Positions 34,387 to 35,160 of a stretch of DNA of 35,160 bases are shown here, piece by piece; position 1 is the stretch's first letter; every line of letters begins with the position of its first letter. This DNA comes from Xylographa opegraphella (taxonomy: Eukaryota): assembly GCA_022813865.1 (NCBI GenBank), contig JALDZX010000017.1, forward strand, positions 372,001-407,160, written 5' to 3'. The notes below the pieces were generated by a model. The model was not told the DNA's origin. It saw only the letters and a program-made list of their open reading frames with translations, and did not search any database. The translations under genes were made by a program, and so were the position numbers.

Positions 34387-35160
34387 CTCGTGGCTTCAAT
34401 CATTAGTCGTGGAATCCACCACTTTCATGCAACGGCAAGGCGAATTTGATAGCAGTTCATGATTAGGGGCCCCAAACACCCTCGAAGCGAATACGCGTAT
34501 GTTTCAGTGCCTACACATGAACTCACGTAAGCTGGAGATGCGGTCAACCCTTCTCCACTGTTTTGTGAAACTGTTAGCACGATGGCGTTCGCATTGTGTA
34601 CACATAGGATGAAAGTGATTCGCCCCCGGCTTTGACTTTCGTATGACGGCAGAAAACGTCGAATATACTTCGCCTCTGCCCTGAATGTAGATCCACAACA
34701 CTCTTTCAGCTGGGTTTGACCGCTCGTCCAGTAGCAAGCCTGATAACTGCATGCGAGGTTATCTACGGAAGATTTACTGTGGGTGCAGGCGTAATAAGTG
34801 TTAGTGCCGCGCCAAAACCCCTGCTGTGAAACCTACTAGAATTCTACAGTATATTTACTCCTTCTGCTGTATTTAGTGTGTGTATAACAATGGTAGACGT
34901 AAGTTTTCATTAAATTGAATAAACTTTAATGGACTCTAGCCATATGAGGTAAGAGGTTACTGGCGTCAAACTAACAACTATTATGCATGCTACCACAATA
35001 ACCCCAAGTTTCAGGCACGAGCCGGCCCTCGGGCCGGGTAGATTTAGCGTATGCAATAACCGTGCATTTCCTTGGCGCTCAACTTCCCCCCCCACCTGTA
35101 ACGGCGTGTTACATGGCACCTTAACAAGTGATAGACGGAACGGGACTAAAGCGCGCCCGG

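Noticed and set aside
35022..35037. GC-rich inverted repeat CCGGCCC-TC-GGGCCGG
   Set aside because: Short, isolated and not linked to any gene in the window; could be chance or a Zn2Cys6-type site, which cannot be supported here.
1..35160. tRNA, rRNA, snRNA, CRISPR array, telomeric array, transposase/RT genes or a secondary-metabolite cluster
   Set aside because: By eye, no cloverleaf with a proper T-arm, no repeat-spacer array, only isolated CCCTAA/TTAGGG words, no DDE/RT motifs and no PKS/NRPS/terpene backbone gene. The two MFS genes and the aldolase are not clustered with biosynthetic enzymes. An Infernal/tRNAscan run would be needed to exclude small RNAs.

Overview
Eukaryotic, intron-containing DNA from a filamentous ascomycete (Pezizomycotina, probably Eurotiomycetes-like; inferred from short GT-AG introns with CTRAC/CTRAT branch sites and from the protein families present). 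The left ~10.8 kb is gene-sparse. It holds a small hypothetical gene, a class II aldolase/adducin gene with a strong C-to-G skew switch, a Cys-rich F-box-like orphan and a candidate spliced small secreted protein. From ~10.8 to 33.6 kb is a dense, mostly housekeeping block: DHA1 MFS transporter, RIX7, VPS20, PITH-domain protein, DHX35, CUE5, MZT1 (absent from the ORF track), DHA2/Atr1-like MFS transporter, CHY-RING E3 ligase, NOP15-like RRM protein, YAF9 and a Pth11-like membrane protein. Exon structures were reconstructed by hand and each spliced model sums to a whole number of codons. I found no tRNA, rRNA, CRISPR array or recognisable intact transposon, and no clearly new multi-gene system. 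The best leads are splicing-level and compositional: competing tandem 5' splice sites in the DHX35 gene, a GC-AG intron bounded by a direct repeat in CUE5, the skew switch and G-quadruplex in the aldolase gene, recurrent TAGGTAC/GTACCTA palindromes upstream of genes, and two orphan proteins.
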